A DNA stretch of 64,000 bases from Lepidodermella squamata (lineage: Eukaryota > Animalia > Gastrotricha): assembly GCA_047495785.1 (NCBI GenBank), contig JBLDXI010000042.1:434001-498000 (forward strand), given 5' to 3'. A model generated the notes under the pieces. That model was not told where the DNA came from. It saw only the letters and a program-made list of their open reading frames with translations, and did not search any database. Below, piece by piece: positions 25,670-36,700 of the stretch. Made by a program: the position numbers and the translations under genes. Within the stretch, counting starts at the first letter, position 1. Each line of letters starts with the position of its first letter.

Positions 25670-26365
25670 TCACTTCGCAGGCGCACACTGACGAAAGCTG
25701 AAACCATTTGGGAGTATGACCGTCTTCCATACGCCTTTACTGCCTTTTTTTCTCCTACATTCCTCACGGGCCTCTTCTTCCGGTTGCGATTCTGCTTCGC
25801 GCGGCTTGGGAGGCTTGACGCAAAATTTATGTTTGCCGCCATATTTGTCTGTGTACGTTTTAATCACACCTTTCTCGCCTGCCTTGTTTTTACATTCCTC
25901 ACGTGCCGCTTCTTCCGGTTGTGACTCTGCTTCGCGTGGCTTGGGAGGCTTGACGCAAAATGTATGTTTGCCGCCATATTTGTCTGTGTACGTTTTAATC
26001 ACACCTTTCTCGCCTGCCTTGTTTTTACATTCCTCACGGGCCGCTTCTTCCGGTTGTGACTCTGCTTCGCGTGGCTTGGGAGGCTTGACGCAAAATGTAT
26101 GTTTGCCGCCATATTTGTCTGTGTACGTTTTAACTACACCTTTCTCGCCTGCCTTGTTTTTACATTCTCCGCCATCTCCCGGCGCCGGTTGGGATTCAAC
26201 TTTGGTAGGTTTGGCTGCTTTGCCGCCTTTGCCCGCTCTTACACCGTAAACTGCTGCGACAACGACAGCAGCCTATTAAGAAAGACATCAGTTGAGAATT
26301 ATCAGAGATACTGCATAGGTATTACAACTTACGATAAGAGCGATCATTAAAACAAGCTTCGCCAT
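25670..26365 (-). CDS. MAKL-family secreted four-peptide precursor, 211 aa (exons 26365-26333, 26272-25670)
   Basis: MAKLVLMIALI|AAVVVAAVYG-VRAGKGGKAAKPTKVESQPAPGDGGE-[CKNKAGEKGV(V/I)KTYTDKYGGKH(T/K)FCVKPPKP-REAESQPEE(A/E)AREE]x3-CRRKKGSKGVWKTVILPNGFSFRQCAPAK*. Confidence 0.92.
25760..26165. repeat. 3 x 135-bp coding tandem repeat (one peptide plus spacer per unit)
   Basis: Near-identical 135-bp units = 45 codons each. Confidence 0.92.
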
Positions 26366-27229
26366 GATAAGCTTCTGGTATAGTAAAATAATTCAACTTG
26401 TTTATGAAGTGTGAAAACAAAAGAATGAAATAAGCTTCGTTATCCTGCCCGAAAAGCACTCAGCCAGTAGACAACCAGCTGCATATACACTCCCCGGGAA
26501 TATCGACAAAATTGACGTGACGTCTAGACTAGGTGGACTGAACCAACAAATAGGAAGGGGTTCTGGCTGGGGACGTTAGCTGAGTGCCTAGCCAATGTCA
26601 ATCTACGCAAACGGGTCAGTCATGCTCGGGTGAGGAGGATGACGCTGCCAGGAGGATTTTCCAATCCTGAGAAGTTACTTTCCTTTAAGTGTATTACCTA
26701 TCCAAGCCGGAGGTTCCCGGAGGAGCAGTATGAGTTAGGGAGCAAGAATTTCGGTAATAGAAAGTAACGATTCAATCGGTCCAAGTTTCAGCCAATACTG
26801 GAATATCTCCGCCCGCTTTGATGTCCAGTTGACTCAATGTAAAACATGTCTATTTCCCAAGCCTCGCCTTTAAACCTATAAACATTTTAACGAATGGCTG
26901 TGAAGCCTCTGTGAAGACCCAGTGTAAAAATTTTTTGAAAGGTGGATGAATCTCGGGATCGTATAATGTCGTGGTGCTTTTCCCTGCAGATTCGGGCGGA
27001 ACTTGGGTTGGGGTCAACTTGATGGTTTCACTTGATGGTTTCACGAGAAATCCTAGGAGCTAGGATTCAAGTTTAGAAGAAATCCCTGTATACATAAGCT
27101 ACTACCAATTTTATTCATATCAGACAAAGTAACCATGATACAAAAAGTCAGCAGCTACATTTTGCGTGACGTCGCCCTGCAAGCGCAAACTCGCAGCAGT
27201 CACCTCATCCTATGCCGTTAGCGCTGCAC

Positions 27230-27534
27230 TCAAACTTTCGCCATTGTTGGATAATATCCTGGCTCGACAACTAAGCACCACCGCTTCCCATTGACATCAC
27301 CCCATTTGCCAGGTCGACCGTCCCTCAAACAACCATCTTTTCCCATGCAGATCGTCTTGCCACGGTAAGTCGCCTGCTTACCTTTGCATTCTGTTACTGT
27401 AGGCTCACTGCTGGCAACTGAAACTGCAACAAGAGCAACCTATTGAGAAATTACGCGGCAATTATTTGATTAATAGTTATATATTGAAATTTTAAACTAA
27501 CGATAACTGCAATGATTAAACCGAGCCTTGCCAT
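27230..27534 (-). CDS. MAKL-family secreted peptide precursor, 80 aa (exons 27534-27502, 27439-27230)
   Basis: MARLGLIIAVI|VALVAVSVAS-SEPTVTE-CKGKQATYRGKTIC-MGKDG-CLRDGRPGKWGDVNGKRWC-LVVEPGYYPTMAKV*; shares the promoter block and 3'-UTR stem-loop. Confidence 0.88.
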
Positions 27535-27984
27535 GAAATGCTTCAAGTTTTATTGTAGAGAAAAAATTTAACTTGTTATGAAGAGTAAAAACAAAAGAAT
27601 GAAATATGCTCTGATAGGCTTTTTGAAAAACACTCAGCCAGTAACCAACCAGCTGAATATACACTTGATCGCCGATCGCGACGCGACGTCAGATGCCGTC
27701 TAGACTGAAAACTGACTAATACAAGACATAATTGCTATTTGCCATTGACTTCGGATAACAAGAAAAGGCGGTTATCTTGATATTTAGAGATGTTGCGAAA
27801 CGTAAGTCCCGTAGCTTCTCGCTGTCCATTACGCAGCAGCCTACAACCCATCCCGCACCGAATTTGCTCGCCGCTCGCCGACCTGGTGTCGTTCCTGGCG
27901 GGTCCTAACGGCTTATCGAGCACCAGTTCCGACATTTTCGCACTTGCTAATTTATCATAAACAAATTTTGATGGCGAAAGAAAC

Positions 27985-28058
27985 GCGCGACGTGTGGAAT
28001 CGAACCCGGAATCTGCCGTTTTTCAGACAGCCACAATACCACAAGACTTCGGTCGCCA
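27985..28058 (-). repeat. tRNA-derived sequence (SINE head or tRNA pseudogene)
   Basis: B-box GGGTTCGATTCC on the minus strand, tRNA-sized, with degenerate D and anticodon arms. Confidence 0.5.
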
Positions 28059-28062
28059 CGAT

Positions 28063-28337
28063 CAGTGTGCGAAGTAGGATCCTGGAACCAGGACCCAGCC
28101 GAAGCAACCAGACGGTCAACCTTCCTGTGGTTGGAATCCTCGCGACACCGCCAGCAAGCCTGTACTTCACACCCTGCCCGCCAGGGCGCGAGTACGGGGG
28201 ATTGAGAGGTATCGTACCCCCCAGTTCAGCTGGCCAAAGTGGCAAACACCAAAAAGACCACATGGGGGACACTTTGGTCATAAAATTTGGGCCCGAAAAT
28301 ATCCCCTAGTTCGAGGATCCTACTTATTAGCGCACTG
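28063..28337. mobile_element. Two nested/adjacent hAT-type MITEs (28063-28176 and 28182-28337)
   Basis: Termini CAG(T/G)G(C/T)GCGAAGTA...TACTT...CACTG/CCCTG; imperfect 8-bp TSDs CTGCCCGC/TTGCCCGC and GCCACGAT/CCCGCGAT. Confidence 0.78.
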
Positions 28338-28949
28338 TTGCCCGCGATATCAAGGGTAGGGCGGATTCATATCTTCGCGCATATTTGTTAATGAAAGTGC
28401 GGAAATGCGCTACACCTGAATCACCTGTATCGGAATAACTTGGGCGTATTGGGACCGGCAAAGATTTGGCGGAAATTTTGCTTGTCTTTCTTCTTGTGGT
28501 TCTTTCAATACCGCTTTCACTACTTTCGCGCCTCACCAGTGTGCCGGAAAAAATGGCTTAAACATAAGTTTTTGCATTTCCGCCAAGTCTGTCGCGTGCA
28601 GATCATTAAATCACCAGTTTTTTGTGTGATATATACACAACTCGGACGCCATGTCATCAGAGAGATTTCATGGACCGTGTTATTGTAGGATTCAGGTCAC
28701 AAGGTAGCTGAATACGAAGTTACATCATCATGAGCCCACACTTGCGAGTAATTAAACGTAGTCTTCCAACTATGATCAGCAATTTTCAACTGACAATAGA
28801 AATCAGCGATGTACTTGTATGATATAACATGAGTAGGAATCTATATTTGAGTGAAGCACGAAATATAGATCGAGTAAAACGAATGAAGCGAGTGAAATCG
28901 AGGCGGAACGAGCCGGTAGGCGAGTGGAGACGAGATTTCACGAGGTGAA

Positions 28950-30122
28950 TGAGGACGGCGTTCGGCCTTGGTAAGGACAACATTCGTCTGAACTGGTTTA
29001 GCGCTAAGCCAATGCCAATCTACACTAGCGGTCAGTGCATGCTCGGGTGTGAGAATGAAGCTTAGTGGCGGAAAATACAATTCTGAGAAATTTATTTCCT
29101 TGAAGTGCATTAGTGTGTGCCGACTTGCTTTTTCATATTTTCAAAAAATTACAGTAAAAAATTGACAACTCGGATCACCATAAATCTTTCACCATAAAAT
29201 TCTGCCGGTTCAGGGGCCAAAGTAGGGTGCATACAAGAGGTATGCCCCTACGGAAAATCGAACTCGGGAAAATCGAGAAAATCCATATTTTCATGTCGGA
29301 TGATTTTAGTCACATTTCTTGTTGTCGGATGAAACAAGACATTGGTCGGATAAAAAAAAGTTACACCCGTAAAATCGACGATGTCATTGATTCAATCAAA
29401 CTGTCATAGTGACTTCGGCTGGGAGCTAAATCCGTGCGGTAAAACGCAAGTTATTTAGTTCGAAACGAAAGGGAACCTCTTAATAATTCGTGTTCTCGCG
29501 GAAATCGCTAGCTGTAGCAGGTGAATCTTCAACTCCACAGGCCATATACCCTGATTCAATAAACCAAAGAATAATCGTAACATTGACTTCAATTAATAAA
29601 ATTTTCGCTTTTTCTGTACATTTTACCGCCAACTTGATTTGTGAATCCTGTGTCCAAGTTCCAACCTAGATCCTAATAGAAGATGCATCTAGCATTAAGT
29701 CAGCAATCGACAAATAATAAAATAATGTACACCAAGGTCGAATAGCAACAATATGGCGTAGGCCCCATACGGTTACTTATTGTAACTTAGTAGGCTCAAG
29801 AAACCAACAAGGGTCCAGAGACTTCAGGTCCTTGAATGAACGCCAGCTCAAGGTCCCTAATCTTCTAGGATGGCACCACGAGATGGCCACGAGACCACTA
29901 TCATTTTATTCTCTATGCCACGAGATTGCGATTTTCAAATTCCACCCACTCCTAGAAATTATTTAGATCATACACTGTAATTTCTCAGTATTGAAAATTC
30001 CCGCTCGCAACGTCATTCTACGCACCCGAGCATGCACGGACCGCTGGTGTAGATTGGCATTGGCTTAGCGCTAAACCAGTTCAAACGAATGTTTTAATTT
30101 CCCATTCCGAACGACGTCCTAC
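28950..30122. repeat. ~100-bp inverted-repeat pair (28950-29057 / 30012-30122), probably ends of a non-autonomous element
   Basis: GAACTGGTTTAGCGCTAAGCCAATGCCAATCTACAC... and its reverse complement; related fragment at ~24862-24915; no clear TSD. Confidence 0.65.
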
Positions 30123-30311
30123 TTTTGTTTTGGTTAACCTCAACTAGATGCCACGTCAATTGTGTCGATATTCCCCGGGAAGTGTATGTGCAGCTGGCTA
30201 TCTACTGGCTGAGTGCCCTTCGAAAAGCGTAACGAAGCTTATTTCATTCTAGCGTTTTCGCACTTCAATAACAAGTTGAATTATCTTACTAAAACTACTC
30301 GAAGCATTATC

Positions 30312-30668
30312 ATGGCGAAGCTTGGTTTAACTATCGCTGTTTTTGTACGTTGCCCTACGCTGTATCATCAATTTATCTTTCACTAATTTCTTCATCAACA
30401 GGCTGCTCTCGCTGTTGCAGCAGTCTATGCCGAATCGCAAGCGGAAGAAGCGGCCCGTCAACAATGCATCAAGCGGACGAGATCGGGTTTGTGCGAGCAA
30501 TGGCAGTTCAACTTGCCACCACCACCGCCACCGCAACCGGCAGCACCAGCGGCTCCCACGGCATGTACGAACGAGAAAGGCGAGAAAGGTGTATTGAAAA
30601 CGGTCCAACAAGGATTTCCTAATGTTCGCACAGTAACTTATTGCGAAATCCAGGCGAAAAAGCCGTGA
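30312..30668 (+). CDS. MAKL-family secreted peptide precursor, 99 aa (exons 30312-30344, 30402-30668)
   Basis: MAKLGLTIAVF|AALAVAAVYA-ESQAEEAAR-QQCIKRTRSGLCEQWQFNLPPPPPPQPAAPAAPTA-CTNEKGEKGVLKTVQQGFPNVRTVTYC-EIQAKKP*; stem-loop at 30700-30741; AATAAA at 30805. Confidence 0.9.
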
Positions 30669-30699
30669 TTTCTATTGGAGAAAATCGGCCAAAATGGAG

Positions 30700-30741
30700 G
30701 GATGAGGTGACTGCTGCGTTGCATGCAGAGCGATGTCACGC
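30700..30741 (+). promoter_or_regulatory. Conserved 3'-UTR stem-loop of the MAKL family (other copies on minus: ~5505-5553, 12028-12066, 13976-14025, 25602-25649, 27165-27210)
   Basis: Consensus GGATGAG-GTGAC-TG-CTGC-(7-12 nt variable loop)-GCAG-RGCGAY-GTCAC. Confidence 0.7.
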
Positions 30742-31162
30742 AACCATCTGCATAAGGTTGTTGATATTGATGTACCTATTTTGCGCTTGTCTGTTTAAGG
30801 AATGAATAAAGCCTGCATAAGCTAATAGATTTCCTTCTCTAACTCAGTGCGTTCGAGGTCTTTGAGGATGATGGCTATCGCATATCCCAGCTCACGTGTT
30901 TAGGTCGGAGAAAGTAAACCCTATGGCCAAGGAGATGAGGTATTTAGTAAATAAACTGACCATCATTTTTGTCAGTTGGGAGTTAGGAGTAAAATGACAG
31001 TGGCTTTTGTTCTTGACTGTGGAAAATGCAATGATCTTTTCGAGAGCCTCTCAAGCTTCTGTATAATTACTTATCGATTTTGCGATGCTTATGCAAAGCC
31101 TGATGTAGAATGAAACTATGAATTGAAAATAATCCCACCGTTCTACGACGCATGTTTATACA

Positions 31163-31919
31163 CAGTGTTCCCTTTAGGCCTTCGACTTAATTGTCAAATG
31201 AGGAAAGCCAAAATTAGTTATTGGTCAAGCCATTAACCTTAAAGACCATAAGCTCAAAAATTGCGCTCGCTCGCTGTGCTCGCTCGCGGTGGTTTCCCTT
31301 TGCTTAGTGCTTAATCCATCGATTCTTTTTATTTTTCATTTTTTTGAGCTACAAATTGATTGCTTGTTAACATTGATTTTTGATGGTCACCTAGCTCGAA
31401 ATGAAACAACTCAGGTGAAATTTAAACAAAGCGTTTGAGCGAAGCGAGGAAATTTTTCGAATTTGAGACTGAAAACGACGTATTACATCTTGAAAATGAG
31501 ACCCTCGCGGTTCTCCCAGAAATTTATTTTTTAGCTGTCGTTCTCAATTATTAAATTTCAATTATCATCTCGTGTGGTAATATCTGTAACGAGTCCAAAT
31601 AACAAGGGACATGGGTCAAAGATTAATTCTATCCTTTGTCGTTTCTTGATCAGAGGCTTTCATACAAAAACTCATAAATAGGCAACTCACGAGCTAAGCG
31701 AGCTTTAGCTGACGCTTTTTTTGGATTTATCAGTCTGAAAACCGAAAAAAATGCCTAGTTTCTTAGTGTGGATCTATTTTGCAAACAGCAGATTGAAGCA
31801 AAACTCGCTAAAATGTGGCCAAAATCACAATTTCTTACTTGTCACAGGTGTTTTCTTATTGGTCAAGCCCATTTTCTTAATTGTCAATTAATTGTCAAAT
31901 AGGTTAAGAGGGAACGCTG
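31163..31919. mobile_element. Non-autonomous hAT-type element, 757 bp
   Basis: TIR CAGTGTTCCCT / AGGGAACGCTG; perfect 8-bp TSD TTTATACA; subterminal TTAATTGTCAA and TTGGTCAAGCC repeats. Confidence 0.88.
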
Positions 31920-32774
31920 TTTATACAAATTACGATTTCTACAGTAAAATGAATTTTTACGATAGTGAATTGTGGAATGTTCAATCGATATACCTATATG
32001 ATTGAGGAATTCAGATAACGAAATATTTTTCAGGAAATTGGTGAAAATTAACAATTGGAAACGAATGGAGAACCCATAATAATTCTTATTCTGATCTTTA
32101 GCGAGAATCGTTAGTGGTAGCAGGTGAATATTCAACTCCTTCCCACCAAGTAAATAGTTTTACAGCCCATCTAACCTAATTCAATTAACCAAACTATAAT
32201 CGGAATTTACGGTGTTAGCTGTAAGCAGCAACCTTTAACCTCGAAAATAGTCATTACCAGTAGGGAGATTCTGTTGAGACTGAGAGAAATTATTTCGAAC
32301 CAAATACGCTCGAATCAGAAGCATCAAGCATCACGAGCGTAGCATATACCTCCATTCGTAATTCTGCTCACAGGCAGCTGCAAATTATTGCAAACGATGA
32401 TTTTGCATCGAGAAACACGCAGACGCTTACACGGTCTGCCATGTATCGCATCAGCAGTGGTTCGAGATTCTCACGTATGTTTTTCAGTGAGAATTCAGTA
32501 ATTTTCGAAGGAAACTGGAAAATAATTGCAGAAATAAATTCTGTGTTTCTGATTTCACTCATCAAAATGTCGAAAAAATATCCATTAATAGAAGAACCAA
32601 ATGTTTCATCAAGGCATAAGAAAACCATGACCATGAATTATAAATTTGAAATAAAAAAATGACCTGATTTGTTTTTACTTTTCGAACCACTCGCTTATTA
32701 CAGCAAGTGGGGCCTGTGGTATTAACCGGCTTGGTCGGGATTCTGATATCTAACTTAAACTTAAAACCATGTTT

Positions 32775-32930
32775 CAGTGCGCGATGTAGGATTCTCAAAC
32801 TAGGTGGTATTTTCGGGCCCAATTTTTAATGACAAAGGGCCCCCCCTGTGGATTTTTTGGGGTTTTTCCACTTTGGCCTTGCGAACTGGGGGGTACGATA
32901 CCCTCCATTCTCCCCGTACTTCGCGCACTG
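32775..32930. mobile_element. hAT-type MITE, 156 bp
   Basis: TIR CAGTGCGCGA..TA / TACTTCGCGCACTG; perfect 8-bp TSD CCATGTTT. Same family as 28182, 58715 and partial copies near 13725, 14780, 47820 and 54000. Confidence 0.9.
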
Positions 32931-33759
32931 CCATGTTTAAAGGTGGATTCATAGGGCCTGAGTCAAAATTCGAGATTAAAGAATTACGACAAACTTTCAG
33001 TGAATTACAGCTCATTTCATCAGTTTCGTGCCAATATGGGATAGATAGAGCCACATTTTAGCTATAAGTATATCGATTCAACCTTTTCAGTTCACAACCG
33101 TAAAATTGATTGTACAGAATGCAATAGAAATCGTAATTTGTATTTACATGCGTAGTAGAAGCGTGGGCTTGTTTTCAATTCACAGTTTCATTTTACAGCA
33201 GGCTTTGCATAAGCATCGTAGAATCGATCGATACGCTATAGGCGAAGTAATTACAGCGGCTTGAGAGGCTCTCGAAAGTTCCTTGCATTTCCCACAGTGT
33301 CTTTTCAGCTCAAGATCAAAAGCCAGTGTCATTTTACTCCTTACTGACCAAAGGATGGTCAGCTTATTTACCAAAGAGCTATATGCATTAAGGAACAGCA
33401 TAGTGAATTATCTCCCCTATCATCTCGAGTTCTCAGGTTCGATCAAATAACACGGTCGTGTTTTTAATAAAACTAACAGCTGTTCACGCAATAACCGCAA
33501 AAATATGCGCCATTTCGGTATGACTATGCCGCGTTGTAGTACTACGTTAACGAATTGATCCTCTTATTTACGATACCAGTGGCGTAGTTTTTATGAGACT
33601 CACGGCGTTCCTATCAAACTTAGCGGAGCTTACTCATACTCTCTCACTTTTCACTAATTCTCGCAGTGCTCTAAATATTTAATAATCTTTATTAATTTGG
33701 ATTTATCCTTGAATTTAGTACTTAATTTTAGCAACTAAAGTCTTTCATGGCTTAGAAAA

Positions 33760-36700
33760 ATGGTCATCCGAATATTTTCGTCTCGAGTACCGGGCAATAG
33801 CAGCGTGAGTACAACGGCCAATTTTTCGAAAATGTTTTCCTATTATTTTGTTGTGATCAGATTAGACATCAGCAGCGGCATTTATTTGACATTCTTCAGA
33901 CGAAGAAAATTGCCTACGATGAGATCGATATCACAGATCCGTGGAATGAAGAATGGAAGCTTTTTATGCTGGAAAACTGCCCTCCTGACCCGGGACGAAA
34001 CCGCCCGATTCCGCCGCAAATTTTCTCCGGAGATGCGTACTGCGGGGTAATTTTAATTTTTTGACATTTTTTAAACATAATTTCCCTTAATTTAACTTAA
34101 TTACGTAACTAAATACTAACGATTTCAAAGTAATTTCACGTAATTTCTGTTTTTTAATTAGGCTGTTAGCAAATTCGTGAAAAACTATTAACGAATAACG
34201 AATTTTAATTGTTCGATTTTGTTTTTTAATTTTTTTGTTATTTGTAAAGGTCTCCGCACAAACTCTGCATGAAATAAGTAGACAAGTTATGCGTTAAGTT
34301 TTTTGCTTCTCTCGAATGTTTTAAGAAAAACATAACGCATACGACCAATTCACAAACTCTGAATGCGTAAGCGTTATGTATTTTTGCAACGAGACCTGAT
34401 CGCTTAAAAAAGTCGTGTGATGAGCGGGGTTCGAACCCGAGCCTCCAATCGTCGAGGTCAGTCAATAACCAACCTCACCACAACGACGTTCGCAAACAGT
34501 GAGAAAATTTCTCCGGTTTTATTTGTGATACCATCACAACTCGGCGAACATTGAAGTTGAAAATTACAATTTTTTGACTAATTGAATAATTATCAAGAAC
34601 TCGATGGAAAATCAGAAAAAATTGAGAAAAATTGAGAAGATTTTTTTTAATTCCCTGTACCTTTTGAGGCCCTTTGGGATAACAAAATAAGAAATTATTG
34701 TTTGTGTAATCGGTGTTATGCCGATCTCACAAACAAGTCACCCGGGTTCGATCCCTGGTCAGAGCAAGCCTTTTTTAGGCGACACCGTCGTTCAGCAAAA
34801 ACTTAACGCTTATGCATGCAGAGTTTGTGAATAGGGTGCGTATGTGGTCGTATGTTTTTCGTCGTATGCGTAAGTGATTGGTCGTATGCGTAAGCAAAAA
34901 AAAAGATACGGAGTTTGTGCGGAGACCTTAAGCGTATGAAAAGTGTCTGACGTTTCCTGATTTACATGCTGCATTTTTTAATTTTTTTTCTGCTTCTAGG
35001 CTTATTGTTCCTTTTTTCATTCATTCATTCTCATTCTCATTTTTATTGCAAATTGTTTTTCAACAGTTAGCAAATAGTTAAGTTTAGTTTAGCAGAAAGT
35101 TGTTTCTTGGCGCCTCACCACAGAAGTCACGTAGTTTACCAATGAAGGCGAATTAAATTTTATATGTTTGCAAAAAGCACTGTGAGAGTTTTTGGTACCT
35201 GGTACCCCTCAAAACAATTAGGCGCATGCTCTGAGTAAGACAAATTATTTGATCGGAAATTTCGATAGTGTTCATGTAGATTTTTCAATAGCTTACGTAT
35301 AATAAAGTCTGTATGTTCGAGATAATTTTGTTTAGGACGATTAATTTTGTCTATTTTTCCAGAATTATGAAGACTTTGCGATAGCTTTGGAAAATGAGCA
35401 GCTGTGGACTTTCCTCCGCTTACATGCCCCAATCGACGATGAGATGGCACGATGGAAGGTATGAAGCTAATTCCAGCTGCTATCAGTCCTTTTATCTCAT
35501 CTTGTTTTTCTTTAGGCTTCCTGGAGGCATCGGAATGTCCCTTTGAAAAAGCCCGTGCCTGCACTGCAACCCTCAAAATCTGAAAATACTGACAGTCAAA
35601 GCAAGCCATTGGCCGTAAAATCGTTCAATGAACAGGAAAACCCTGATGGCTTCAAGAAGGCTGCAGCTAAAAGTTCTCCAGTTAAACAAATGGTTCAATC
35701 TCTGGAGAGTCAGCTGCCGAAAGATCCCGAGAAAATGCCTTATATCGACGATGTGATCTCGAAGCAGAAATTTTCGCCTGTCGAAGAGAAAACTATCAGC
35801 ATCTCACAGGCGATTCAACCTTCATTCCGTGATTCAAAGGACTCAGCTCCAGAACCTAAATCCAGGACAGAAGTCCAAATCACAGAGCCATGTCTTAACC
35901 TCGAGAATAGTCCATACCAGAAGGGAGAATCTGTTGGGACTGTGAAAACTGCTTTGGAACCAAATATGCCCGAATCCGACGAAATCATCCCTAATCCTGA
36001 GCCCGTTTCCTCGCCTCAGCCTCCCTTAGCGCCCATTGAGGACCTCTCAGTCGATGAAATGTGTGCTTCGCCACCTCCTGATTCGAAGGAACATTATGAA
36101 GAATTGTCTTTTAACCATCGGGAGAAGGCGGAATATTCAGCGCTATCGCCCACTCCCCCTATTGCCACACTAGATGATCTGGCTTTGGGTATGTCCCCGG
36201 AGCCCGTGGAGGATGTTACTGCGGCTTCGGTCGAAGATCAAGCTATCAATGATGGATTGGAAAAATTGCAGCTGGAGGATAAGGTCGAGATCGAGAATCT
36301 GCCTAAGGAAGATGGCTCTGATGCAGCTCAAATCAATGATCAAGTGGTAACCATTGAGGAACAAGAATCTGGCGCCCAGGTTGTTGATACGCCAATTCAA
36401 GCCGACTTGGTAGAAACCATTGGAGAAAAACTTGTGGGAATGAGACCACAGCCGATTGATGCGCGCCAAAACGAACCGGAAGAGCAGGAAGAAGAGCAAT
36501 TTTTCGAAGTTGCTGAAGAGAGAAGCCAGGTTATCGATGCAGCTGAGCCGAGAACCGATTTCTCTACAGATGAGATCACTGGAGTTCCTAATCTAGAGAC
36601 TAGGGAAATCCTAACGCAAGATGAATCGGCAAAAGCGGAGGCGAAACCATCAGAGTCCATTCTTCCCGTGGAGGCTCAATCCTTGGAAGAATCGGATACC

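Noticed and set aside
34412-34487. Functional tRNA genes (also ~34698-34777 and 27985-28058)
   Set aside because: Cloverleaf pairing is poor; reported as tRNA-derived repeats instead.
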